From assembly GCA_934747265.1 (NCBI GenBank), contig CAKVGI010000002.1, forward strand, positions 34,282-98,281: a stretch of 64,000 nucleotides of DNA. The letters are read 5' to 3'. The notes below the pieces were generated by a model. The model did not search any database. It was given only the letters and a program-made list of their open reading frames with translations, and was not told where the DNA came from. Every line of letters begins with the position of its first letter. Positions within the stretch are counted from its first letter, which is position 1. Position numbers and translations under genes: made by a program. Shown here in pieces: positions 41,095 to 52,249 of the stretch. The stretch is from an uncultured Rickettsiales bacterium (lineage in GTDB: Bacteria; Pseudomonadota; Alphaproteobacteria; Rickettsiales; UBA1997).

Positions 41095-41454
41095 ATGTTA
41101 GAAACTGATAATATTATACAAAATAAAAGTTTTAGATTTGCATTGTCTATAGTTGAGTTGTATAAGATGCTTAAAGCTGAAAATGAATTTGTAATTTCAA
41201 AACAACTCGTAAGATCTGGTACTAGTATTGGTGCTAATATTGAGGAAGCTTTACAAGGACAAAGCAATGCTGATTTTATTTCTAAATTATCAATTTCTTT
41301 AAAAGAAGCTGTTGAAACCAGATATTGGTTAAAATTATTAAAATATTCAAATTTTATTAATTTTGAGAATTTTGATGAATATATTTTTGATGTTAATGAA
41401 ATCATAAATATTTTAACAAAAATTATAAAAACATCCAAAAGCAAAAATAAATAA
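41095..41454 (+). CDS. four-helix-bundle protein (23S rRNA intervening-sequence protein / TIGR02436-type family)
   Basis: SFRFALSIVELYK...ISKQLVRSGTSIGANIEEALQGQSNADFISKLSISLKEAVETRYWLKLL matches the remembered family signature (QLLRSGTSIGANI.EA...S..DF..K...ALKE..ET.YWL.LL). Confidence 0.8.
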   Translation: MLETDNIIQNKSFRFALSIVELYKMLKAENEFVISKQLVRSGTSIGANIEEALQGQSNADFISKLSISLKEAVETRYWLKLLKYSNFINFENFDEYIFDVNEIINILTKIIKTSKSKNK

Positions 41455-41504
41455 TTTTATATTTTTTAATTATTAAATTTTCAAGTTTTGCAAATTTTTA
41501 TTAA

Positions 41505-43277
<1,773 letters not shown>

Positions 43278-43301
43278 ACATAAAATAATTTAAATTATAC
43301 A

Positions 43302-43336
43302 GACACCAGTAATTTTTTGCTGGTGTCTTTCTTTTT
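43302..43336 (+). terminator. rho-independent terminator after groEL
   Basis: AGACACCAG-(loop TAATTTTTTG)-CTGGTGTCT followed by TTCTTTTT. Confidence 0.7.
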
Positions 43337-43520
43337 AAATTGATAGATGATTTAACAGATTATTTTAGGATGAAAGCTTAGATGGCGGAATAGTGGTGGT
43401 TATAGATTATCAAAATAAATACAGTTTTTAAATAAACAAAATTAATATTTACTAATAAAAAAATGTTTTTTAAAATTAGATTGACCATGTGGGGTGGTCA
43501 TAACAACGAAAGGAAAAAAT

Positions 43521-44846
43521 ATGAAAATTTGTATAATAGGAACTGGATATATAGGCTTAACAGAAGGCTTATGTTTTGCTAGTTTAGGACATGATGTCGC
43601 TTGCTATGATATAATTGAAGAAAAAATTAATCAATTAAAAAACGGTATTCCAACATTATATGAAGATGGTTTGGAAGAAATGTTAAAAAAGAATTTACAA
43701 TCTGGTAAAATTATTTTTACAACAAATATAAAGGAAGCATTAAATAAAGCCGAGGTTGTATTTATTTGCGTAAATACGCCAGAAAATCCAAAAGATGGTT
43801 CTGCTGACTTGACTGCTATAATGAAGTCAACGGAATCGGTTGCTAAAAATATGGATGTTAATAATAAATTTGTATTAGTTGTAAGATCCACAGTTCCAGT
43901 TGGAACAAATAAGCTTGTTAAAGATAATATGATTAAGACAAACAAAAATCTTAATTTTACTACTGCATCTAATCCAGAATTTTCAAGACAAGGTAGTGCA
44001 ATTCAAGACTTTTTAAAACCTGATAGAATTATTGTTGGGGTGAATGATGAAGAAACAAAAAATAAAATGGCGGATGTTTACAAACCATTAACGGATAAAG
44101 GCTCGCCTATATTATTTACAAGTATTGAAACAGCGGAATTGATAAAATACGCTTCAAACGCTTTTTTAGCAACCAAAATAACTTTTATAAATGAAATAGC
44201 TGATATATGTGAAAAAACTGGTGCAAATATCAACGAAATTGCGGAAGCTATGGGTATGGATAAAAGAATTAGCCCATATTTTTTACAAGCCGGACCCGGT
44301 ATTGGCGGTTCTTGTTTTCCAAAAGATTGTATAGCTTTGGTAAATATAGGTAAGCAATTAGGTTTAGAGATGGAATTAGTATATGCATCTGTTGAATCCA
44401 ATAAAAAAAGAAAAAAAAGAATGGCAGAAAAGATAGTAAATGCCTCAAAATATAAATTAAAAGGAAAAACCGTCTCATTATTAGGTTTGACTTTTAAAGC
44501 AAATACAGATGATACAAGATATAGTCCAGCTATTGATATAATTAGAAAATTAGCTAAAAGGGGTATATTTATAAACGCCTATGATCCACATGGAATAGAA
44601 AAAATCAAAACTATGGTAGAGGAAAAATATTTAAAGAAAGTTCATTTTTTTGATAATCCATATGACGCTATAAAAGATACTGAATTTCTTATTATAGATA
44701 CAGAATGGAAAGAATTTATGGAATTGGATTATAATAAAATATATGATTTAATAAAACAAAAAACAATTGTTGATTTAAGAAATATTTTAAATAAGAAAGA
44801 AATGGAAAAAATTGGTTTTAAGTACGTTTCAATTGGTAAAATATAA
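43521..44846 (+). CDS. ugd: UDP-glucose 6-dehydrogenase
   Basis: N-terminal Rossmann MKICIIGTGYIGL and catalytic GIGGSCFPKD. The start is at ATG 43521, with an AAAGGAAAA SD. Confidence 0.8.
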   Translation: MKICIIGTGYIGLTEGLCFASLGHDVACYDIIEEKINQLKNGIPTLYEDGLEEMLKKNLQSGKIIFTTNIKEALNKAEVVFICVNTPENPKDGSADLTAIMKSTESVAKNMDVNNKFVLVVRSTVPVGTNKLVKDNMIKTNKNLNFTTASNPEFSRQGSAIQDFLKPDRIIVGVNDEETKNKMADVYKPLTDKGSPILFTSIETAELIKYASNAFLATKITFINEIADICEKTGANINEIAEAMGMDKRISPYFLQAGPGIGGSCFPKDCIALVNIGKQLGLEMELVYASVESNKKRKKRMAEKIVNASKYKLKGKTVSLLGLTFKANTDDTRYSPAIDIIRKLAKRGIFINAYDPHGIEKIKTMVEEKYLKKVHFFDNPYDAIKDTEFLIIDTEWKEFMELDYNKIYDLIKQKTIVDLRNILNKKEMEKIGFKYVSIGKI

Positions 44847-44850
44847 TTAA

Positions 44851-45537
44851 TCACAATAAATTCATATTTTGATGGTTGATAATTGCATCAACCTCAAAAT
44901 TTTCTAACCAATTTCTAATTGATTCTATAATATTTGCAAAAATCAATGATAAAAATTTTTTATCAGTATCAGAAATTGCGGTATCGGTAAGTTTAACAAG
45001 TTTTGTATGACTTATTTCTATTTCTTTTGATAAATATAATAAATTTTTAATTTGATCTGGTGTTAATACTTGAATTGTAGATGTTTTTCTGATAATTTCT
45101 TTAAGATTGTCAGAATTTTTTAGCATTTTATCCAAAATATCTTTATTTAGATTATTTTCATTATTTAAATAATCTTGAATATTTTCTTTATTTAATAGCA
45201 AAAAATCCTCTAAGTTATCTTTATTTATTGTATCTTTAAAACCAAGATTACTTCTGATATCATTAATAATATTAATAATAATTGAATTTATATCAAAAGT
45301 TGTAGATTTAAACAATATGTTATTTAAATCTCTATTAATAAAATTATTTACCACTTCATAGCATATAAATACAAATGGTATGCTTAATAAATCAGAAGAA
45401 ATATTTATTAATAAGTTTGAAACATCTGCGTCTCTATATTCTATTTTATGCACAATTAAAAATATTATTAATCCAATAATTATAGCTATTACGTAAGGAA
45501 ATAATCTTAAAATAAAATTTTTTAAATTTGTATGCAT
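44851..45537 (-). CDS. hypothetical membrane-anchored protein
   Basis: Long ORF with one N-terminal TM helix (LFPYVIAIIIGLIIFLIV). I recognise no family. Confidence 0.4.
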   Translation of the reverse strand: MHTNLKNFILRLFPYVIAIIIGLIIFLIVHKIEYRDADVSNLLINISSDLLSIPFVFICYEVVNNFINRDLNNILFKSTTFDINSIIINIINDIRSNLGFKDTINKDNLEDFLLLNKENIQDYLNNENNLNKDILDKMLKNSDNLKEIIRKTSTIQVLTPDQIKNLLYLSKEIEISHTKLVKLTDTAISDTDKKFLSLIFANIIESIRNWLENFEVDAIINHQNMNLL

Positions 45538-45602
45538 AATATTAATTATAATTTCTCGTTAAAATTGTATAATGCAATTTTAATAAATCAATATGAAAAA
45601 TA

Positions 45603-46055
45603 TTATAAATTATTATTCAAAAAACTTTCTAAAATATATGAAGCAGCGATTTTATCAACAACCTTTTTTGTTCCATTAAAACCAACAATATCAAGCATTA
45701 AATCCTCGGCCTCAAATGATGATAATCTTTCATCCTGTAAAAAAATAGGCAAATTCGTTGATAATGATAAATTTTCAGCAAATCTGCCTATAAACTTTGA
45801 ACAGTCAGTCTCTTTTTCGTCAAAAGATAAAGGTAAACCCATAATAATTCCTTGCACCTTTTTTTCTTTAAACATTGATATTAATATGGGTATGTCCCTT
45901 TTATTTCCTTTTCTTATTAATGTTTCTACTGGCGTTATAATCTTTCTTGTAGTATCTGTAATTGCTATACCAATAGTCTTCGTTCCCACATCCAAGCTTA
46001 TTAATCTTCCACTGGAACAAATATTTAAAAAATTAATTTTGTCAGTAAAAATCAT
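45603..46055 (-). CDS. ruvX: Holliday-junction resolvase-like nuclease RuvX/YqgF
   Basis: LISLDVGTKTIGIAITD, GLPLSFDEKE and DERLSSFEAE motifs. The start overlaps the dapB stop by 1 nt. Confidence 0.85.
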   Translation of the reverse strand: MIFTDKINFLNICSSGRLISLDVGTKTIGIAITDTTRKIITPVETLIRKGNKRDIPILISMFKEKKVQGIIMGLPLSFDEKETDCSKFIGRFAENLSLSTNLPIFLQDERLSSFEAEDLMLDIVGFNGTKKVVDKIAASYILESFLNNNL

Positions 46056-46864
46056 TATTTTTCTATTCTTAATACATCTCTCATATTATAAAGACCAAAC
46101 TTTCGTCCACTAGACCAAATTGTAGCCCTTATTGCACCTTTTACAAATGCCATAGGCGATGCAGTTCTTTGTGTTAGTTCTAATCTTTCGCCATTTCCTG
46201 CGAATAAAACCATATAATCACCAAGAATATCTCCACATCGCATTGAAGCAAAGCCTATCTCATTGTTCTCTCTTACTGTATCTTCGTTGCAACCTCTGTT
46301 TTTTCTTGAAATTTCACCAAAATTTAAATTCTTGCCATCAGCTACTGATTTTCCAAGCATTAATGAAGTATTTGATGGATATTCATTTTTATTTCTTGCG
46401 TTGATATCCAATATTTCTGTATCATATTCTTGTCTTAAAATGGAACTTGCTTCCTCTATCAAATTGCATAATAAATTAATTCCTATACTCATATTATCTG
46501 AATGTATTATAACGCATGAGTTTGATAATTTTACAAGCTCTTCTTTTTCTTCTTCGTTTAATCCTGTTGTTCCAGAAATTAAAGTTTTTCCCATTTTGGA
46601 AGCTATTCTTGCTGATTTCATTGTTAATTCTGGCGAAGAAAAATCTATAATTGCATCAGATTCTTGAAATAATTTTTCAATATCGTCCGTTATTAGACTG
46701 TTGGTTTTTTTATCTAATCCTAAAAAATCACCTATATCCATACCAACTTCGTCATATCCTTGTCTAACTAATGCTCCACTAATATCAAATAAATTATTAT
46801 TAATGATTTCTAAGGCTAAGGCTCTTGCCATCTTGCCTCTTATTCCAGTAATACCTATTTTCAT
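46055..46864 (-). CDS. dapB: 4-hydroxy-tetrahydrodipicolinate reductase homolog (catalytic His pair substituted)
   Basis: MKIGITGIRGKMA, DFSSPE, ISGTTG and SDNMSIGINL align with DapB. The E. coli EAHHRHKVDAPSGTA segment reads DINARNKNEYPSNTS here. Confidence 0.75.
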   Translation of the reverse strand: MKIGITGIRGKMARALALEIINNNLFDISGALVRQGYDEVGMDIGDFLGLDKKTNSLITDDIEKLFQESDAIIDFSSPELTMKSARIASKMGKTLISGTTGLNEEEKEELVKLSNSCVIIHSDNMSIGINLLCNLIEEASSILRQEYDTEILDINARNKNEYPSNTSLMLGKSVADGKNLNFGEISRKNRGCNEDTVRENNEIGFASMRCGDILGDYMVLFAGNGERLELTQRTASPMAFVKGAIRATIWSSGRKFGLYNMRDVLRIEK

Positions 46865-47062
46865 AATACAAAACTATTGTTGTACATACTTTATATATAG
46901 GTTATTTTTTTTAAAAGTAAACTTAAATCTATAATTTTTACTAGATAAAATTAGAAAAAGCTTATTAAAAACAAAATATTGTCATTAATCTTTTTATTAT
47001 TGACTAATATATTTTTTTATCTAACAATATTAAAATAATAAGGTAAATAATAATTTATTACA

Positions 47063-48172
47063 ATGGATTTAGTTTATACAATTTTTCAAAATTTCTTTGC
47101 ATTTATAATAATACTATCAGTATTAGTGTTTGTCCATGAATACGGTCATTATTTAGGATGTAAAATTTGCGGTGTTAAGGTTGATTCCTTTTCTATTGGA
47201 ATGGGAAAAGAATTATGGGGTTGGACAGATAAAAGTGGTGTCAGATGGAAAGTTTCATTATTACCGTTTGGTGGATATTTAAAAATGTATGGTGATGACG
47301 ACGTAGCTTCTGGAAAAGCTGATAAATCCGTAATAGAAAAAATGACAGAAGAAGAAAAAAAAATTAGTTTTTATTTTCAAAATCCATACAAAAAATTTTT
47401 AATAGTATTCTTTGGACCATTTTTTAATTTAATTTTTGCAGTATTGTTATTAACTTCTATTTATAGAATTAATGGAATAGATGATTTTAAACCAATTATT
47501 AGTGATGTTATTGAACATTCACCAGCTCAAAAAGCAGGCTTGCAAAAAGATGATCTTATAGTCTCAATAAATGAACAAAAAATAAAGAATTTTAATGAAG
47601 TTGTGAACATAATAACTGTCAATAATTTAAAACCATTGAATATTGAAATATTGAGAAATGGAGAAAAAATCAGTGTAAATGTTCAACCAGAAATTTTTGA
47701 AACAAAAGATATGTTTGGAAATGATGTTAAAACATCCGGAATAGGTATTGCTTCAAAGTCCAATGAAATTAAAAAAGTGAATATTTTTACAGCATTTATT
47801 CAGGCAAATAAAAGTGTATATAAAATGTGCAAAGATACTCTGATAGTTCTTGGGCAAATGATTACTGGTAATAGAAGTACTGATGGTTTAGGTGGACCTT
47901 TAAAAATTGCTCAATATTCTGGTCAAAGTTTTCAAGGTGGAATATTTGTTGTTTTATATTTTATGGCATTAATATCAGCGAATTTAGGATTAATGAACTT
48001 ATTACCAATCCCAGTATTGGATGGTGGACATTTATTATTTTTTATTATAGAAATAATAATAAGAAGACCTATACCAGAAAAAGTTCAGGATAAATTATTG
48101 CAATGTGGTTTTGCATTATTGATGGCAATTATGGTCTTTGCAACATTTAATGACTTTAAAAGTTTATTTTAG
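47063..48172 (+). CDS. rseP: RIP zinc metalloprotease RseP
   Basis: HEYGHY (HExxH), a PDZ region (SPAQKAGLQKDDLIVSIN), and NLLPIPVLDGGH. Confidence 0.85.
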   Translation: MDLVYTIFQNFFAFIIILSVLVFVHEYGHYLGCKICGVKVDSFSIGMGKELWGWTDKSGVRWKVSLLPFGGYLKMYGDDDVASGKADKSVIEKMTEEEKKISFYFQNPYKKFLIVFFGPFFNLIFAVLLLTSIYRINGIDDFKPIISDVIEHSPAQKAGLQKDDLIVSINEQKIKNFNEVVNIITVNNLKPLNIEILRNGEKISVNVQPEIFETKDMFGNDVKTSGIGIASKSNEIKKVNIFTAFIQANKSVYKMCKDTLIVLGQMITGNRSTDGLGGPLKIAQYSGQSFQGGIFVVLYFMALISANLGLMNLLPIPVLDGGHLLFFIIEIIIRRPIPEKVQDKLLQCGFALLMAIMVFATFNDFKSLF

Positions 48173-48257
48173 TTAAAAAATAAATAAAAATTTAACATAA
48201 TAATTGATTATAAAAAAAATCGTCTTATATTAATATTGTAAGAATTATGAAAAATTA

Positions 48258-49664
48258 ATGAAAAATTTAAAAGATTTAATAATTTCTGGCGTTCAGTGTT
48301 TACCAATTGTTGAAGGTGGAAAAGGCATTGGTATGTCCAATTATAATACAGCTGGAAATTTTGCAAAATGTGGTGCGGTAGGTACTATTTCTGGTGTGAA
48401 TCCAGACATAATTGATGATAATGGAAATATTATTGAAATGAACATTAAATCTACAAATAGGTTTGATAGGCATATGGAAATGATACAACATTCAATAAAA
48501 GGTATTATTTCACAAGCTAAAAGAGCAAAAGATATTTGTGGAAATAATGGAAGGGTTCATTTAAATGTATTATGGGAAATGGGTGGTACTGAGCAAATAT
48601 TAAATGAAAGTTTAGATAAGGTTAAGGGGTTGATTAATGGTGTTGTTTGTGGTGCTGGAATGCCTTATAAGCTTGCTGAAATATGTGCAAAGTATAAAGT
48701 TTATTACTATCCAATAGTTTCTTCAATGAGAGCATTTAGAGCCTTATGGCTAAGAAGTTTTAAAAAAACAAAAGAATGGCTTGGAGGTGTTGTTTATGAA
48801 TGTCCTTGGAGAGCTGGTGGTCATAATGGTTTAACTAATGCTGAAGATCCGTTTGTTCCAGAAGATCCTTATGAAAGAGTTAGAGATTTAAGAATTTTTA
48901 TGAATGGGGTTGGCTTACAAGATGTTCCCATTATTGTTGCTGGTGGTGTTTGGAATTTGGAAGAATATGAAAATTATATTGATAATCCAGAAATTGGACC
49001 AGTTGCATTTCAATTTGGAACAAGGCCGATGTTAACCAAAGAGAGTCCTATATCTGATTATTGGAAAAATGAATTATTGAACTTGAAGGAAGGCGATATA
49101 AAAACTAATCATTTTAGTCCAACTGGTTTTTATTCGTCTGCTATCAATAATGAATTTTTGCAAAGTTTATATGATAGACTAACAAGAGAAATACCATATA
49201 AAGTTGTTGCTGATGAATTATATAATACAGAAATTGTTTGTGGTAAAACTAACAAGCATTACTTTATACAAGAAAAAGAAAAAGGCAATGTAGAAAAATG
49301 GTTGAAGGCGGGATATACAGAAGCTTTAAGAACGCCAGACGATACAATCGTGTTTGTTTCACGAGAAACAGAAGAAGAAATTCATAAAGATATGAAAGAA
49401 TGCATTGGTTGTTTGAGTTGCTGTCATTTTAGTTCTTGGAGTCAATATTTTCCAGAGCAGGGTTATAGTTGTGGAACAACTCCTGATCCTAGAACATTTT
49501 GTATTCAAAAAGCTTTGCAAAATGCTAAAAAAGGTATTTTTAATAATAAAGCATTGTTATTTGCTGGAAGTAATGCTTATAGGTTTGCAACGGATCCATT
49601 TTATAAAAACGGATTTATTCCAACAATTAAGGAGCTTATAGATAGAATATTAACAGGAAAATAA
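48258..49664 (+). CDS. FMN-dependent TIM-barrel oxidoreductase, nitronate monooxygenase (2-nitropropane dioxygenase)-like, long form
   Basis: LPIVEGGKGIGMS...CGAVGTISG, GAGMPY and VAGGVW motifs resemble the NMO/IMPDH-like fold. It has an extra Cys-containing C-terminal region (CIGCLSCC). Confidence 0.5.
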   Translation: MKNLKDLIISGVQCLPIVEGGKGIGMSNYNTAGNFAKCGAVGTISGVNPDIIDDNGNIIEMNIKSTNRFDRHMEMIQHSIKGIISQAKRAKDICGNNGRVHLNVLWEMGGTEQILNESLDKVKGLINGVVCGAGMPYKLAEICAKYKVYYYPIVSSMRAFRALWLRSFKKTKEWLGGVVYECPWRAGGHNGLTNAEDPFVPEDPYERVRDLRIFMNGVGLQDVPIIVAGGVWNLEEYENYIDNPEIGPVAFQFGTRPMLTKESPISDYWKNELLNLKEGDIKTNHFSPTGFYSSAINNEFLQSLYDRLTREIPYKVVADELYNTEIVCGKTNKHYFIQEKEKGNVEKWLKAGYTEALRTPDDTIVFVSRETEEEIHKDMKECIGCLSCCHFSSWSQYFPEQGYSCGTTPDPRTFCIQKALQNAKKGIFNNKALLFAGSNAYRFATDPFYKNGFIPTIKELIDRILTGK

Positions 49665-49773
49665 AAAACATTGGGCGTTGGAGGCCGCTGTAATTTATTT
49701 CTATCAATTGAGATAGTATTTTATTCAATTACTGACCCAATGCTTTTTGTTAACAACTATAAAGTTATTAACA
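49662..49773 (-). ncRNA. candidate small RNA A (promoter + 5' hairpin + long 3' hairpin + U-tract); alternatively a bidirectional terminator
   Basis: On the minus strand: TTGACA (49807-49802), a 16-nt spacer, then TAATAT (49785-49780). The 5' hairpin is GTTAATAAC/GTTGTTAAC. The long hairpin is closed by CATTGGG/CCCAATG and followed by TTTTTT. It is paralogous to 58507-58619. Confidence 0.35.
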
Positions 49774-49940
49774 AATATTATATTAAACTTATAATTGTAT
49801 TTGTCAAGCAATTTTTAATAATTATAATTTTATTCTAGAATAGATAGCATCTATTTTGGTTTTATTTATTTTTGATAAATTAATAATTTCTTCTAAGTGA
49901 TAATATTTATTTATATTTAATGGCTAGATAGTTATTATTT

Positions 49941-50726
49941 TTAATAATCAACTTTTACAAAATATAAACCTTGTGGTGGCGCTGTTGGTCCTGCTTTGGT
50001 TCTATCTTTTGCCTCTATTATATCTTGAAATTGCTGTATAGACGTTTTTCCTAAACCAATATCAACAAGTGTGCCAACAATATTTCTAACCATATGATGT
50101 AAGAAAGATTTTGCTTCTATTTTAAAAATAATCTCTTCACCATTTTTGAAAATTTCTGCTTTATCTATTGTTTTAATTGGGCTTTTTGCTTGACATTCGC
50201 TATCTCTAAATGAACTCCAATCTCTTTTGCCAATTAAAAATTTTGTTGCCTCTTGCATTTTATAAAAGTCTAATTCTCTATATACCTGCCAAACTCTGTT
50301 ATTTAATAATGCTGTTGGTTGTCTTCTATTGAGTATTATGTATTTGTAATATCTTTTCTTTGAGGAAAATCTAGCATGAAAATTTTCATCAACTTTTTCG
50401 CAATCAATAATTGAGATATCTTGCGTTTGCGTATTTGTTAATAAATATTTGCAATTAATTTTTGAAATAAATTCACTTTTTAGATAAAAATTTATAGCTG
50501 ACATTAATTTATATGGATCAAATTCTTTTTTTAAATCAAAATGTGCGACTTGCCCTAATGCGTGAACGCCAGCATCGGTTCTACCAGATCCAAAAACTTC
50601 TACATTTTCTTTTGTTAACAGTTTTATTGCCTGTTCTAAGCTACTTTGAATTGTAAATTTATTATTTTGTTTTTGCCAACCAGAATAATTTGTTCCGTCG
50701 TATTCAACAATAATTTTATATCTCAT
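49941..50726 (-). CDS. truA: tRNA pseudouridine(38-40) synthase TruA
   Basis: MRYKIIVEYDGTNYSGWQKQ and the catalytic motif GSGRTDAGVHALGQV. Confidence 0.9.
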   Translation of the reverse strand: MRYKIIVEYDGTNYSGWQKQNNKFTIQSSLEQAIKLLTKENVEVFGSGRTDAGVHALGQVAHFDLKKEFDPYKLMSAINFYLKSEFISKINCKYLLTNTQTQDISIIDCEKVDENFHARFSSKKRYYKYIILNRRQPTALLNNRVWQVYRELDFYKMQEATKFLIGKRDWSSFRDSECQAKSPIKTIDKAEIFKNGEEIIFKIEAKSFLHHMVRNIVGTLVDIGLGKTSIQQFQDIIEAKDRTKAGPTAPPQGLYFVKVDY

Positions 50727-50801
50727 GTATATTGCAAATTTTTATTTTTTACTTGAATATAATACCAACATAATTAAAATAATATAAAAAACAATAATTA
50801 T

Positions 50802-52055
50802 ATGAAATTTTTACTAAAAAATGTTTTGTTAAATAATAAAAAACAAGATATTTTGATTGAAAATGAATTTTTTTCAAAAATTGATAATGTGATTAATGAA
50901 CAATCCGATGAAATAATTGATTGCACAGATAAAGCTATTCAACCAGCTTTTTACAATACTCATACTCATGCTGCTATGAGTTTATTGAAAGGATTAGGCG
51001 ACGATAAAGAACTTTTTAGTTGGTTAAGTGAAGATATTTGGCCGGTTGAAGCAAAGTTAACCGATGAAGACATATATATTGGTACAAAGTTTGCAATTTT
51101 AGAAATGATAAAAAGCGGAACTGTATTTTTTAATGATATGTATTTTTCTCAACCATCAATAATGAAAGCTATTGATGAAATGGGAGTTAGAGGTGCGGTT
51201 TCTATTGTTGAATTTGATATGTTCAATAAAAATGATACGGAAAAGAAGAAAAAAGATACATTGGAATTTTTAAAGATTAAGAATCCTTGTGAAGATAGAA
51301 TAATCAAAGTTATTTCTTGTCATTCAGTCTATACGGTTTCAGAAGAATTGTTGAGTTTTGCATCTAAAATAGCAAAAGAAAATAATATGTTTTTGCATAT
51401 ACACGCATCTGAAACGGCAAAAGAAGTTGAAGATTGTATTAAAAAATATGGTGTATCACCAATAAAAAAATTAGAGGAATTGGATTTATTGACCGAAAAA
51501 ACGATATTAGCACATTGCGTTCATTTGAATGATGAGGATATTGAAATTATTAATAAACACCACACAAAAATAGCCCATTGTCCCGTTTCAAATTTAAAAT
51601 TAAATTCTGGAAAAATGGCATTACAAAAAATGTTAGATAATGGATGTTTTATAACACTAGGAACCGATGGTTCATCGTCAAATAATAGTTTGAGTATGAT
51701 TGATGAAATGAAAATATCAGCATTATCCGCTAAGGATCAAAATAATTCGCCAACAGCTGGTAAAGCAAATGATATTTTTAAAATTGCTACGAAAAATGGA
51801 GCGGAAGCATTTAATATAAATGCTGGCGAAATTAAAAAAGGAAAGCTTGCTGATTTTGTTTTATATGATTTGAACAATTATCATATGCAACCAAATTACA
51901 ATATTATATCAAATATAGTTTATTCTGCGGATAATAGCGTTATTACAGATGTATTTTGTAATGGAAAACAAATTATGAAAAATGGTAAAGTTAATAATGA
52001 AAAACAAATTATTGAAGACTTTAAGAGTTGTTTTAATAAGTTAATTCAAAAGTAA
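50802..52055 (+). CDS. mtaD: amidohydrolase, 5-methylthioadenosine/S-adenosylhomocysteine deaminase (MtaD)-like
   Basis: PAFYNTHTHAAMSLLKGLGDD...WLSEDIWPVE...EMIKSGTVFFNDMY, plus HASE and GTDG metal-ligand motifs. Confidence 0.75.
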   Translation: MKFLLKNVLLNNKKQDILIENEFFSKIDNVINEQSDEIIDCTDKAIQPAFYNTHTHAAMSLLKGLGDDKELFSWLSEDIWPVEAKLTDEDIYIGTKFAILEMIKSGTVFFNDMYFSQPSIMKAIDEMGVRGAVSIVEFDMFNKNDTEKKKKDTLEFLKIKNPCEDRIIKVISCHSVYTVSEELLSFASKIAKENNMFLHIHASETAKEVEDCIKKYGVSPIKKLEELDLLTEKTILAHCVHLNDEDIEIINKHHTKIAHCPVSNLKLNSGKMALQKMLDNGCFITLGTDGSSSNNSLSMIDEMKISALSAKDQNNSPTAGKANDIFKIATKNGAEAFNINAGEIKKGKLADFVLYDLNNYHMQPNYNIISNIVYSADNSVITDVFCNGKQIMKNGKVNNEKQIIEDFKSCFNKLIQK

Positions 52056-52064
52056 AACTAAGTT

Positions 52065-52139
52065 TGGAGGTCGGGGTCGGAATCGAACCGACGCATAGAA
52101 GCTTTGCAGGCCACGGCATTACCACTTTGCTACCCGACC
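52065..52139 (-). tRNA. tRNA-Cys (anticodon GCA), CCA encoded
   Basis: The minus strand reads GGTCGGG TA GCAAAGTGGTAATGCC G GTGGC CTGCAAA GCTTC ... GTCGGTTCGATTCCGAC CCCGACC T CCA. It resembles E. coli tRNA-Cys. There is one U-U mismatch in the anticodon stem. Confidence 0.8.
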
Positions 52140-52249
52140 GAACTGATATTAATATTATTATATTCTAATATTTTTTAGTCAAGCAATTTTTAAAATATTA
52201 AAAATTATTAATCTCAATATGTAGTAGTATTTTTGGAAATTGTTTTGAA

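Noticed and set aside
40745-41444. Minus-strand ORFs 40745-41059 and 41013-41444.
   Set aside because: They are antisense to groES and to the four-helix-bundle ORF, both of which have unmistakable family signatures on the + strand.
45532-46113. A 193-aa + strand ORF.
   Set aside because: It is antisense to the clearly recognisable ruvX (YqgF) gene and has low-complexity composition, so it is a shadow ORF. The same reasoning applies to other antisense ORFs inside strong genes: 2169-2351, 3964-4206, 4859-5140, 6075-6395, 9440-9670, 12066-12425, 17740-18204, 19356-19715, 21543-21842, 24094-24441, the 27248-28351 set, 33434-33766, 34610-34885, 36857-37576, 42329-42595, 43631-44478, 46159-46934 and 62210-62512.
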